Positions 1-13,015 are shown, counted from the first letter of the stretch. The stretch is DNA of 64,000 nt from Octopus vulgaris (GCA_951406725.2 OX597817.1:68882001-68946000), one strand, 5' to 3'. A program made the numbers and translations. The notes: a model not told the origin generated them from the sequence alone.

Positions 1-916
1 CACTAATTCAAACCCCAGAGAATTCCTCTTAACATATGACTATGATGCTCCCCCACTACTGATCATAATTACAGATGCACAAATTGCATGCCACTGAGGG
101 ACATATTCAAGTGGTTAAGGTCAAGCAACTGACAAGCAAATCTGTGATATGAGCAGAATATTTGCTATAACGATATTTCTGCTTCAACAACTCAGCATTG
201 AATCAGTTTGAAATTGAATGAAAAATAGGTCAGTTTCAAAACATTGATGTCTAGGCCACAAAAACAAAGTTTGAAGGGAAGGGAACAGTAGTCATTTCCT
301 TTGATTTCTAGATAGAAGCAAATAGGAAATAACATTTACTGACCAAAGAGAAAGACAAAAAAAAATTGTTACACTTGGGCTTAAATTCTGTAGATGAGTG
401 GTTTTATTTGTTCCCTCACACTCGAAAACTTGTGTTGATTTCTTTACAACCCTGTGACTTAGCAGTTTGTCAAAAGTGACCAATAGAATAAGTAACAGAT
501 TTTTAAAGAAACAATAAGTACTGGGGTTGACTTATTCAAGTAAAACCCTTCAAGGCAGTGCTCCAGCATGGTTGCAATCTAATGAGTGGAACAAATAATA
601 CATAAAAGACAGAAATGTGACAAATTCCAATGTTTTATCCTATTTTTATACATATGCTGTGAAGGTGTGTGGTTAGGATATTCAGCTCACAATCGTGTAC
701 AGTAAAATCCATGATGGTAGATTCCAAGAAGTATAAAGTTCCAATGGTAATCCAGGTGGAGTGTTGGTATAATGGTTCAGTCCAAGAAATAGGCAGGAAG
801 CAGATACACATCAATATATATTTTATATATACATACACATAAGTAGTCACTTAAGTGCAAACAATGTAGAAAAAATAGTACTCAAATACCAAGGGTAGAG
901 TAATATGCTTTATTAT

Positions 917-1164
917 GTTCCTTCTCAAGCTATGCCAGGCTCATAAGGGCTGGTTTCCTGGTTTCAGTGGCATAGAAATTACCCACCTGGACGGGACGCC
1001 GGTCCATCGCAGGATTACTCATTTTTGCCAGCTGAGTGGACAGGAGCAACGTGAAAATGAAGTGTTTTGCTCAAGAACACAACGCATTGCCTGGTCCAGG
1101 AATCGAAACTACAACCTTATGATCATGAGTTCAACACCCTAACCCCTAAGCCACATGCCTCCAC
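917..1164 (-). mobile_element. tRNA-derived SINE, family C (body alpha + tail X)
   Basis: Minus strand begins GTGGAGGCATGTGGCTTAGGGGTTAGG with A/B-box-like motifs (GTTTCGATTCC). Flanked by a perfect 13-bp TSD TATGCTTTATTAT (904-916, 1165-1177). Homologous to 25565-25823. Confidence 0.9.
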
Positions 1165-1342
1165 TATGCTTTATTATAAAAGTTGTAAAATATTCATAGA
1201 ACTGTTACTCTGAGTTCCCTATACTTGTTCATCAGACAGTTTTAATGAATAATATCGTATACATACATACATACATATACATAAGTAGACATTCATATAC
1301 AAATGTATATATATATATATACACACACACACACGAATTATA

Positions 1343-1592
1343 GGTGCAGTTGTGGCTTTGTGGTTTAGAAGTTTGCTTCCCATACATATAATTCTGGGTT
1401 CAATCCCACTATGTGACACAGTGGACATGTGTTTTTACATCCCTGTAACTTAGCAGTTTGACAAAAGGGACCGATCGAGTAAGCACTTTAAAAGCAGTAA
1501 GTACTGGGGTGATTTGTTTGGTTAAAGTCTTCAAGGAACTGCTCGAGCATAACTGCGCTCCAATGAATGACAAAAATAAAATAAAATAAAAA
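1343..1592 (+). mobile_element. tRNA-derived SINE, family A, internally deleted
   Basis: Head GGTGCAG..TGGCTTTGTGGT..GGGTTCAATCCC is joined directly to the 3' half (CCCTGTAACTTAGCAG...AGTACTGGGGT) seen in the full copies at 32237 and 47362. Confidence 0.75.
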
Positions 1593-2179
1593 AGTGTGTG
1601 TGCATATGCATATAAGGTAGAGAATTGGATTCAGAGAATCAAGAAGGTCTCATAATAAGCACTTCTGCTAGGAATCAGCTATCAGTTCACAGCATAATTA
1701 AATTATGATGTAAGATAACATGTCCATGCAACTTAAAATCCAGGGTATACAAGCAGTAAATATTTTCATGAGGATTAAGGAACAATCATATAATTGAGGA
1801 GGTATTTCTTTCATATGATTACAGTTGTTTCATAATCTTTTTGATGCAGTATCATTCGTTTTAACATTCCACATTAATATGTTCAGGGGGGGGGGGGGCT
1901 GCTACACAACAACAACAACAACAGCATTGGTATAGCTCAAAGCATTTTCCTAAAATCTTAGAGCGTGGTATGTTTATTTGCCTAATTATCGTATTTTCCA
2001 GCAAGCCAGTCACAAAAATTGCTATAGTGTAAGTTATAAATTCCTGCTAGGTTTTGAGAGCTAAATGAAGAGATTAATAATGCTTATGGGAATAATTATA
2101 TACCATAGCAAGATTTGATCTCACAACATATGGATAATGAATCACATTACGTATTTAGAATATATGGAGAAAGAATGCA

Positions 2180-2219
<40 letters not shown>

Positions 2220-3929
2220 TGTGTGTGTGTGTGTGAGTGTGTGTGTGTGTGTGTCTGTGTCTGTCTGTGTCTGTGTCTCAGTGTGTGTATGTGTATATGT
2301 GTGTGTGTGTGTTATCACTTTTCCTTTCTTTACTGTTTAACATCTCATTTTTCTTAGCTAGCAAATATAATTTTCACACAAATGTATTGCATTATAATAC
2401 TCATGTATGTTATGATACATGTATATGGTAATACACACATACATACTATAACAAACTGATGTGTTAATACACATGCATGTGTTGTGATATCACACATATA
2501 TGCACACAGGTACAAAGCATATATAAAAATAAGAAAATTATTTGAAAGTTTGCTTGTGATTAATCAGTTTATAAAGAGAGAGAAAGACAGAAAGGAAAAA
2601 GAATGAAAATAACATGAGGAAAACAGACAGAAATATCTTCCTAAAACATTTGTCAGTATATGAGAAGAACAACAATATTGAATTTGATATTTTTATTTGG
2701 AAAATATGAAATAAAATTTATCTCGATATCATGCAGATGTCTTTTAGCTTTTAGTTGTGTTTATATATTTTTATTTCAAGAAATTCTGAAATCAAATTAA
2801 AGATATGGTAGTATGAAATCTGAAAGAATAATATGACAGGTCTATGTAAAAATGTCAATGTTAAGGACCAGATTTATGACAGGAAAATCCTGAAATTAAC
2901 ATCAAATTTGGAGTATTCAATTGATAACTGTATTTAAGTTAAGGATATTGCTTAGAGTACAGATAGGATTCTGAGAATAGAGCCCTATTTACGTAGAAGT
3001 TATTGATTGTAAAAGAAAACGGTAATATAAGATTTAACACTGTAAAATGGCAATCACACACATGCACTTAGATGGGTGGTTGATGAGCATCTATACACTC
3101 ATGCACACCTACATATGCAGCAACATATGCAGCAAGAGGCTTCCTTCAGATTGGGAAGTAAATATTCGCATGTGAATTTTGTAATAATTTTAATTTAACT
3201 AGCACAAAAATAAATATTGCTTCCTGTGGAGGAAAAAATATTTTTCTTTCAACCTTGAAGGCAGGTTCTCAGAATGGAACCAATAAAAGACTAAAATGGC
3301 TTTCTAAATTTATGAATTATTGTCACTAAATATTTTCAACAAGGAAACCAAATTAAATATTTCTAGCGACCCCCATCAGAACCTCTTATGTTGCTATTTA
3401 CTGACTGTTTTCATCATGTTCAAGCAGAAAGAAAACTTTTCCCCTCTATTTTCTGGAAGGAATGATAGTTTATAGTTTATCACCATTGTCTTTCCAGTTG
3501 TATAACTGATTTTAAAGTCAACAGAAAGCAAGAAACTAAAAGTAAAGAAGAGTTACAGATATTAAAATTACTATGAGGCATCAAAATCTACATGTTGAGT
3601 TGGAGCAAAAGATTTACAGTCACTGAAAAGCACACTCAACTCTTTCTTCAGATAATGGGTTTAGCAATAAATAAATAAATAAATAGATAGATAGATAAAT
3701 AAATAAATAAATAAAATAAGATAAAGTAAAAAAACGACTTTCCAAGATAAATGAAAAGAAAAAGGCCTAATTCACATACAAACTTAAGGAAGTGGTGTAT
3801 GAACTTGGTGTAACAGTTTATTCATAACATCAAAGAACAAATTATCATATGTATGCACTTGTGTGAGTGCATGAGTCTATGTATGTAAATATATATATAT
3901 ATGTGTGTGTGTGTGTGTATATATATATA

Positions 3930-4213
3930 CTAGCTGGCCCCGTGCTGTCTAAAATGATGGCTAATTGTAGTATTTTATGTATTTTATATGGATATATATG
4001 GATGGTAAATCAAATTAATACACTTGTCAATGTTATCTAGCGGTTGCCTTTTGAGATGTGACATCAATCATCGTTAGCTACTGAAAGAGTGCTGGTTCAC
4101 ACATACAAGCATTCACATATTTCCCTTGTACACATGCACACATATACTCATACAGAGTTGAAACACTTTGATTTTTCTTTCCAGCTTTGAATGCTCACCA
4201 TCCTACTTCTATT

Positions 4214-4255
<42 letters not shown>

Positions 4256-4377
4256 CCCTTTTACATATACACACATATACTCACACAGAGTTGAAATGCT
4301 GTTGGATTTTTTCACCCCTTCCTTTCTTATTCATATGTTGTGACGGAGAAAAACAACAAGAGTATTATTATAGTAGA
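3930..4377 (-). mobile_element. Non-autonomous Helitron (second family)
   Basis: Minus strand starts TCTACTATAATAATA and ends CTAG after a weak subterminal stem-loop. Inserted between A and T with no TSD. Contains an internal duplicated CAGAGTTGAAA unit and a (CA)n tract. Confidence 0.65.
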
Positions 4378-5204
4378 TGTTTGACAAAATGAATACAAAC
4401 AGCTTTTCCGATGATTTTTCCACTCTAATAATTAGATGTTCCTAAGCACCTAATAAATTATGCATGTCTAATTATAAAAGTGGAAAAATTATCACAAAAG
4501 ACATTTTCATCCATTTTTTCAAATATATAATACTGTACCAAGGACTTTCTATTTATACTTCTTATTCTACAAAATATATATATCATCTAAGATCAAGTAG
4601 TGAAGTCAGGGTATTTCCAGAGAAGCACTATTGGACTATCAATACTACTGGGTTCCAGGCCAAAGCAGGAATTCCTCAGGTATAGAAAAGCCAAGTTTCA
4701 CAATGATTATACCATAAAATGGGTTGGCAAAAAATAAATAATCCAATAAAAAGAAGACGATGAAGAATATTTTTTAACACATCTTTAATAATTCGTTTTA
4801 CTTTTCCATGTTTGCATGACTGAGACAGGAGTACACTGATGCAGTTTTCTATGTCTAGATGCCCTTCCTGGTGACAACCCCCACTTATTTCCCAAGTACA
4901 CTAAAAATTTCCTAGTCCATCAAACAACAAACTACCTTGATATGATTACATAGAGAATTGGAAGCAAATAACACCCCATGAATGAGACTCTTGTCTACAA
5001 AGATCACATTGTGTCAAGGTGCCTGGGCATGTTTTTAGTGTGGAATAAACTACAAATGAGCCAGAAAAATTGCAAGAGATTTCTCTGATGATGTAAAAGC
5101 TCTACCATTTGCCTGCCTCATACTGAAGTATGTGTGTATGTGTATATATATATATAAACAAGAATATTACTGGCAATGACTTTGAAGTTTTGGCTTGTTA
5201 ACCA

Positions 5205-5224
5205 ATATATCTATGCATGCATAC

Positions 5225-5255
<31 letters not shown>

Positions 5256-5326
5256 TGTATGTATGTATGTATGTATGTATGTATATGTGTGTACATGTGT
5301 GTGTGTATGCATGTATGTGTATATAA

Positions 5327-5371
<45 letters not shown>

Positions 5372-5530
5372 CATGCATATATGTGTGTAAGTATATGTGT
5401 GCGGATATAACATACATATACATGCTTACATGCATTTATACACATAATTGTATATATGTCTATGTATGTATGTATATCTATAGATATCTGTCTAGCTCTC
5501 TATATACCTACACACACGCACACATATATA
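5205..5530. repeat. Compound (TATG)n/(TA)n/(TG)n microsatellite
   Basis: Directly visible; source of the spurious HTYI/YIYI ORFs. Confidence 0.95.
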
Positions 5531-5857
5531 TGTCCTAATGAATTATGCAGTAATGAACAGAAAGTACAAAGCATTAGTGATGTTAGGTGCGTAGTTACAA
5601 AATTTTATAGCGATGATTTTACATCACACATCTGTTTTTTTTTTCATGATGGAATCATTGGTATTCCTTCTTAGGACTGGCATAAAACTATTTTATTTCA
5701 TTCTTTTTTATTTTATATTACTGTTCTTATTCTTGTTTTTACCTCATTATTTCTATGTATTTATTGCATTGATTAATCAATAATTAAGAGAAGTGAAGAG
5801 TTAAATGATGGTTTCTTTGATCCAATTTCATTCATTTCCATTATCTATGTATGAGTA

Positions 5858-5909
5858 AGTGTGTGTATGTGTGTGTGTGTGTGTATATATACACACACAC
5901 ATATGTGTG

Positions 5910-5951
<42 letters not shown>

Positions 5952-6078
5952 CACATGCGCACACATATACACAAATATATATATACACACACGCATATAT
6001 CTACATATATGTACACGTATATACATATATGCACATACACACACACATATACTTATATACACACACACAGACACACAA

Positions 6079-6116
<38 letters not shown>

Positions 6117-6147
6117 GTATGTGTATATATATATACATATATATGTG

Positions 6148-6179
<32 letters not shown>

Positions 6180-6246
6180 AGTGTGTGTATATATATACAC
6201 ACATATATATCCAAACATACACGCACGCACACATGCATTTATATAC
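5858..6246. repeat. Compound (TG)/(TA)/(CA) microsatellite
   Basis: Directly visible. Confidence 0.95.
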
Positions 6247-7252
6247 AAAACCGTTTTTGTTACTGTCTGTCAATTCTCCTCATACTCTTCCGCAGTCAAT
6301 CGATTTGTTAATTATAATGCCAAATCACAAAACATGTTATTCCTTTACTATTACCATAACTTTTTATAACTTATTTATTTATAGCGTTTTTTGTGTTTTA
6401 TAAAACTTAGCAATATGTTTCTTGCCATGATGACTATGGAATGATTGTTATGTAAGTGTGGGTACCACAAAACGGTGTCTTTTAGTTTTGTGTTTTTTTT
6501 TTTTTTTTTTCTTGGTAGATACACTTCTTTACATGATTTTGGTTCGTGGCAATGATCAATGTACTGCTTTGCACTTCGTTACACGACTAATGTTCTTGAG
6601 AAAGACAATTTCCCAATTGTTTATCCCCAATTGCCAACAGACATACAATCAGAAGCTTCATGCCCAAGAAACAAACCATAAAGAGCCATCAAGCAGAGTA
6701 TGAGCCAATGAACGAGTCTGATGACAGTCATTCAAGGCTACTAGAAACAACAGCCAAATCTTCTTCATTAGTTCTTTGCAATCTCTTATTATAAAAGGCA
6801 GATTTTATCTGCCTCCCTTTGGGAGTTATACAAATCTACAATATAGGATTTCTTCAATTACAATTTACCTAGCATTTTTGAGAGTACAACGCATTGCGTC
6901 ATGCCAGGTCCAGTTTTTAAAATTTAAACTCCAATTAAGCAAAATTTACAGAAAACTCACATTCTGGTGTGTGTGTCAAATGCTTTTCTTAGTCTGGTTT
7001 ACACCACACGCAAACGCACACACACAGTGGGCAACGAATAAAATGAAAGTAAATAGCGACAGAGTGATTTGAGGAAGACTAAAGTGAAAGTATTCTGTCT
7101 ATGACGCTGATAGATACATGAGTAAAATGTATGGGAAGCTAAGAGCTAAGAGTGAGTGAAAATGTTCTTGGAAGAGAGTAATTAGTAATAAAGTAAACAT
7201 ACACTCATACATACATACATACATACATACATACATACATACATACATACAT

Positions 7253-7285
<33 letters not shown>

Positions 7286-7364
7286 TACACACACACATAC
7301 ATACACACACGCATACATATATACACACATACATACATACATACATATACATACATACATACAT

Positions 7365-7397
<33 letters not shown>

Positions 7398-7518
7398 TAC
7401 ACACACACACAGTATTGAAGCTTGAGAACAATCAGATACATTTGCAACACATCTGTTGAAAATATTATTGTTCACACACATACATATACATATATACATA
7501 CAGACAGACAGACAGATA

Positions 7519-7554
<36 letters not shown>

Positions 7555-7599
7555 ATCCAGCATGGCCACAACCTCAAGGCTGAAACATATAAAAGAATA

Positions 7600-7968
7600 A
7601 CAGAATATAAATGTGTGCAAAGTACAAGAAATATTAATGCAGTATATGGGGATTGGACAATAAGCGTAAGGCAGTGTCAATGGTGGTTCCAGAAATCCCG
7701 AGCCATAAACTACAGCCTAGAAGATGAGCCTCATCCTGAAAGATCTGTAGAACTCGACAAGGACATCCTGAAAACCCTGGTGGAACAAAATATCATCGTA
7801 ACTGTTGAGGAACTAGCAGAGAAGCTTGGATTTGGTCATTCAACCATTCATTGACACCTGTGTGCTGTTGGAAAAGTCAGCAAATTGGGTCAATGGGTTC
7901 CTCACGAACTTTCCGAGTCTAATTGCATGCAGAGAGTGAATGTATGCTTTTCTTTGCTGTCATATCTC
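7600..7968 (+). pseudogene. Mariner transposase remnant (N-terminal HTH region through WVPHEL)
   Basis: Translates STRNINAVYGDWTISVRQCQWWFQK...LEDEPHPERS..TVEELAEKLGFGHSTIH*HLCAVGKVSKLGQWVPHELS. Has the diagnostic mariner WVPHEL linker and an in-frame stop at 7852-7854. Confidence 0.92.
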
Positions 7969-7989
7969 ACCACTACTGCGCTATGTATA

Positions 7990-8625
7990 TCTATATATAT
8001 AAAACTGTAGTTGTGTGAGTGTCTGTCCCCTTCGATTTAGATTCCTAACTACTCCCACATTTTGCGGTACAGTTTAACCAAATTCGGGTAGCTTATAGTC
8101 GTGATTCATATCGAGCCCGTCTGAATATTAGCGCGCGTCTACGATGAGTCTACGATTTTAAAAATAATTTAACATCATTTTTTATTCCATTTTAATGCAT
8201 AATTTTTCGTGTGTCGATGGCGGCGGAGTTGGCGTCCACGCTCACACCTGCACCTGTGGGGAAGGGAGTGTAAGGAAATCAACGTCGTAATGCGTTGTCA
8301 AGGAGACCATTGCTCTTTTAGAACAACGACTTCATGGCTTGAAGACACCAAAACAGAAATGGCTAAGAAAGCGTCTACATGAGTCTACGATTTAAAAAAA
8401 AATTTACCATCGTTTTTCCCCATTTTAATGCATTTTTTCGCTATTATATAAGGGAAGTAACTCTCTAAAAATGTCTACGATGAGTCAATGATTTAAAAAA
8501 AAATTTACCATCATATTTTTTCCATTTTTAATGCATTTTTTGCTATTTTTTGGCTATAACTCTCTAAAAATGCTTATATAGTTATTTCCCTTACAAACCC
8601 GAGCAACGCCGGGCGATACTGCTAG
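7990..8625 (+). mobile_element. Non-autonomous Helitron, copy 1
   Basis: 5' TCTATATATATAAAA; 3' hairpin CCCGAGCAACGCCGGG followed by CTAG. Inserted between A (7989) and T (8626), no TSD. Homologous copies at 20840 and 27579. Confidence 0.9.
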
Positions 8626-8771
8626 TCATCTTATAAATGGAAAAGCACCTGAGAAAATGTAGTCCTGGATACATAATGCTCAGGAAAAGGAAGTGAAGCT
8701 CAGAACTTGAAGGCTTTTGTTCATGTTTGTTCAGATGAAGCTGTTCTATGATTAAACAACACAAAAACTAC

Positions 8772-8772
8772 T

Positions 8773-8817
<45 letters not shown>

Positions 8818-8839
8818 CACCACCACCACCACCACCACC

Positions 8840-8877
<38 letters not shown>
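8772..8877. repeat. (CTA)n(CCA)n(CTA)n trinucleotide repeat
   Basis: Directly visible; gives the poly-L/poly-P pseudo-ORF 8748-9035. Confidence 0.95.
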
Positions 8878-8882
<5 letters not shown>

Positions 8883-8985
8883 ATTACTACATTAGCCTAC
8901 AGTGTTGAATGTCTCTTAACCCTTTATCATCAAAATTGGCCATATGAGGCCCAAATATTCTATCAGTTTTATGTTCAGACTAGAT

Positions 8986-10836
8986 CAGTGGTTTCCAACC
9001 TAGGGCCATGGACCCCTAGTGATCCACAAAGGTAGTACTGGGGATTCAAGAACTAAATTCAAATTTTCACACACAGACACACATGTATGCATACGTACAT
9101 GATGGCCATCCACCCGTGACCGAGGAAGACCATTGCCGACCTTCAGGAACATTGTGCGCTCTAGGACTAACTTTTATTTTGCATTTGCAGCTCCGTTGCT
9201 GGCTAATGAGCCCTGCTCTTGACAAGCATACACGACTGCAAACATTGCAGACCAAGCTTTCCCCATTCACTATACGAGCTATGCGCTTTCATGCAGCTCG
9301 CTTAAGTTCTTCATGCTGGATACGTGCTCTCTCAAAAGTGTCGATCCCCTCCTTAACCTGCTTCCTCCATCTGTGGCGATGACAGGCATTGTTCTCCCAG
9401 TCAGGCTTTTAATGAGGACTTGACACAGTCCTTAAATCACAGTCTTGGTTTCTGCCGGAGTCTCCTTCCACTCACAAGTTCTCCATAGAGCATCTGTTTA
9501 TGAATCCTTCTATCCTTCATTATAATAAGGTGTCCAGTCCAACGCAACCGGTGCTTGTGCACCTTCGCCTCAATACTCAAGATATCAGCTGTCCTCAGGA
9601 TCTGTGTGTCTGGAATTTTTGAGGTCCAGCCAACATTGAGAATGTGTCTGAGACATCTCTGATGAAAACGTTCAAGGACCCTTACCTGACGTTTGTACAG
9701 AGTCCATGTCTCACATGAGTAGAGAAGTGACGTCAGTACACAAGCACGGTACACAGCAACTTTTGTTCTCCTTGCGATGCCATGTTGGGACCAGACACAA
9801 GACTGAAGAGACCGGAAGGAATTAGTTGCTCTCTGCAACCTGAAAGATATTTCCTCATCCAGGGGGCAAGAACGGCTGAGTGTGCTGCCCAGGTAGACAA
9901 ACTTGTCTACTACCTTCAGAATTGTTCCTTCAACCAAGATAGCTGGTTCTATATATGGATTTCCTGGTGCAGGCTGGAACATTACAACAGTCTTGTCCAG
10001 GCTAATGCTGAGTCCAAATGCCCTGCAAGAAGCAGAAATGCAATTCATGAGTATTTGCATGTCATCCATTGTATGAGTGACTAAGTCACAGTCATCTGCA
10101 TAAAGGAGGTCATGAATAATAGTCTGGGAAACCTTTGAATTGGCAGCAAATTGGCGAAGATTAAAGAGGCAGCCAGGAGATCGATATCTGACATATATTC
10201 CCAGAGAGCTAACCTTAGCAAAAGCATGAGTAAAAGCAGCAGCAAAGTACAAAGAAAAGAGAGTTGGGGCAAGGATGTCACCCTGCTTGACACCATTCTC
10301 TACAGGAATGGGTCCCGCCATGGTACCACCAACATTGACCCAAGCCTCCATCCCATCATGAAATAATTTAATTAGAGATACAAAGTGATCCGGACATCCA
10401 AGTTTGCCAAGTATTTTCCATAGAAAGGCCCTATTTACAGTATCAAAGGCCTTAGTTAAATCAATGAATACCTGGACAAGATCCATATTCTGCTCATAGC
10501 ACTTCTCCTGCATCTGTCTTGCTGTGAAAATCATAACCATTGTCCCTCTACCAGATCGGAAGCCACATTGAGATTCAGATAGGACATCATTTACGAGATA
10601 CCCATTCAGATGGGTAAGAAGAATATTTGCCAGAACCTTGCCAGCAGCTGATAGTAGAGCATACATACATACATACATACATACATACATACATACATAC
10701 ATACATACATACATACATACATACATACATACATACATAAGGATAAGCATATTAAAGGGGGTCATGGGAAAATCATTTAGATAAAAGGATTGGGAAACAC
10801 TGTTGGGAACCACTGTGAAAAGGTTAGGAACCAGTG
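8986..10836. mobile_element. hAT-type MITE carrying an RTE insertion
   Basis: TIRs CAGTGGTTTCCAACC (8986) and GGTTAGGAACCAGTG (10822-10836). Perfect 8-bp TSD GACTAGAT (8978-8985, 10837-10844). Confidence 0.88.
9100..10660 (-). mobile_element. RTE-clade (BovB-like) LINE, 5'-truncated
   Basis: RT motifs SQCGFRSGRGT, FIDLTKAFDTV, GVKQGDILAPTLF, LLYADD, FVYLG, LLYSCETW. After a stop comes a C-terminal C2H2-like finger (CNVCSRVCLSRAGLISQQRSC, 9067-9270 ORF). The ORF start at 10813 is an artefact of the (TATG)n tract. Confidence 0.95.
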
Positions 10837-11192
10837 GACTAGATCATACCTCACACAACAACCCTACAATGTCATTCTGAAGATAAATAATCACATCATT
10901 GAAATCTCAAAGCTATGAGATCATGTATGATTAATTGAAAACAGTGTGAATAAATAAATATTACATTTGACAGAATAATCTGATTGCTAAAGGGTGACTT
11001 TACTTTGATATATTACATGAAGCCAATAAAAGAACTTGACCTATTAGAAATAGCTGTCAAATATATAATTTACAATTGTAAAGTTTGTAGAGGATGTAGA
11101 GCAAGGTGGAGTGGGGAATATCTCACCTATGGGCAAAAATTTACTGTAATTCAAATTTGATATTCCAAACACAAAATGTTTATGAAACCATA

Positions 11193-11512
11193 GTGAAGGC
11201 ATGTGGTTAAGTGGTTAGGGTATACAGCTCGTGGTCATAAGGTAGTGAGTTCAATTCCTAGCAGCACACTGTGTTCTTCAGCAAAACACTTTATTTCTCA
11301 TGGCACCAGTCTACTCAACTAGTAAAAATAAGTTATACTTGTAGTTCAAAGGACCAGCCTTGTCACACTCTGTCATGCTGAATCTCCTAGAGAACAATGT
11401 TAAGGTTATTCATGTCTGTGGAGTGCTCAGCCACTTGCATATCAAGTTCATGAGCAGGCTTTTTGGTTCATCAACTGGAACACTCATGTTTGTTCCAACC
11501 GAGAGCCAGGAC
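11193..11512 (+). mobile_element. tRNA-derived SINE, family C (body alpha + tail Z)
   Basis: tRNA-like head with A/B boxes. 11-bp TSD ATGAAACCATA (11182-11192, 11513-11523). Homologous to 55928-56255. Confidence 0.88.
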
Positions 11513-12043
11513 ATGAAACCATATTAAAAAGTTGGTTTATCATTTTGATACTAATCTATCTGAGACTTCACCTGATTCTGTGATACAAGCCCATTTGTTT
11601 AAAATATTTCAAACAAAATATGGATTTTCTACCATAATGTTATGTAAAGACCTTTTGTTTGATAAAGACTCATATTAGGTTTAAAGGCTCTATGTAGGTA
11701 GTGATCAAACTGGCTTCTGAGCTTTATGTGGCTCAAAATGTTACCATGAGTAGCTTGTGAGCTAATTTTAAGTTTCAATATTATTTTTTCCCCAAAAAAG
11801 ATTTAACATCTAACTAGCTGCATTTAGCCGGCCATGTAAACCGGCCATATCTGGCCCAAATATTACACTTATTTTATGTACAGACTGGCCACATTCAGCC
11901 TCTCACACCAACCAAACAATGTCATACTGAAAATATACAATCACATCATCAAAATCTCAACACAAAAAGAATGTGAATAAATAAGCGTTACAAACAAGAA
12001 AGTAATATTTTGAATGCAGTATAGTTTTGAAAACAGCAGAAAC

Positions 12044-12114
12044 AGACAGCTATAGGACTTGAACTTGCACCCCTCAGATAATGGCTGAGTACTCTACCAT
12101 TAAGCTAAACTGCC
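12044..12114 (-). pseudogene. tRNA-like sequence (degenerate; loop reads ATT at the anticodon position)
   Basis: GGCAGTT/AGCTGTC acceptor stem, D-arm with TGGTA, perfect CTCAG/CTGAG anticodon stem with 7-nt loop CCATTAT, GTTCAAGTCC B-box. T-stem has two mismatches and position 33 is not U. Confidence 0.7.
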
Positions 12115-12172
12115 CCTGACAACAATCTCTTAAATTAAATGCTAAATATAACTTTGTGAAATGCAGCATTTT

Positions 12173-12269
12173 GTAAACAAAGTTTGGAAGCATTGAATGT
12201 GTTTCGTATTTTATAGACAAGAAAGTCTGTAAAATACGAAACACATTCGATGCTTCAAAGTTTGTTTAC
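12173..12269. repeat. ~45-bp near-perfect inverted repeat with 6-nt loop
   Basis: GTAAACAAAGTTTGGAAGCATTGAATGTGTTTCGTATTTTATAGAC-AAGAAA-GTCTGTAAAATACGAAACACATTCGATGCTTCAAAGTTTGTTTAC. Confidence 0.95.
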
Positions 12270-12967
12270 TAGAAGTTGTTGCAAATGAGCATTCCATATG
12301 ACAGTGTAATCTGAATGCTGAAGGGTTAAAAGTATTAACTGCTAAAATAAATACTCTTTAACAGACAGACGCTAATCAATTTTCTTTATTAAAATTATAT
12401 CGCAATATGTTTTCTTATTTATTGATGTAATTCTAAACACATGCATATCTACATGCATGGCTGTGCAGTCAGTATGTTTGCTTTTCAAGAATATGGTTTT
12501 TTTTTATTCAGACCCATTATGTGATACCTTGTGTCTACTTAGCACTATAACTCTAAGCTTGCCAACGCCATGTGAATCACACACACACTGTACACACATG
12601 TACATGCACTGTTTCTTATATACACAAACACATACATACACACTCATACATGATCTCTTGCATACACTCACTCATATTTATACACATTTATTCACACATA
12701 CTAACTCACACACATCAACTCACACATGCTCTCCTTCACACACACTCACATCTATTCTCCCTCTTGCATACAAACACATACACATATGCATACACACACA
12801 CATACTTTCTTTCACATACTCACAGACACACACACACACACACACACTCTCCCTCTCCTTCTCTCACCTGTTCACACTTATGCACTCTCTCTCTCTCTCT
12901 TTCTCTCTCTCTCTTTCTCTCACTCTCTTTCTCTCACTCTCTCTCTTTCTCTCTCTCTCTTTCTCTT

Positions 12968-13015
<48 letters not shown>

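Larger units (their letters stand above)
8916..10996. mobile_element. piggyBac-type MITE (TTAA-CCCTTT...AAAGGG) split by nested insertions
   Basis: Left end TTAACCCTTT at 8916, right end CTAAAGGGTGA at ~10990. Internal sequence (GGCCATAT..CCAAATATTC..CCTACAATGTCAT..ATTACATTTGACAG) matches copies at ~11820-12329 and ~48000-48390. Confidence 0.7.
11820..12329. mobile_element. piggyBac-type MITE copy interrupted by the hairpin/tRNA-like insert
   Basis: Same internal sequence as 8916-10996; ends GAAGGGTTAA. Left end is approximate. Confidence 0.65.

Noticed and set aside
8748-9035. Signal-peptide-like poly-Leu/poly-Pro ORF
   Set aside because: Pure (CTA)/(CCA) trinucleotide repeat running into MITE sequence.
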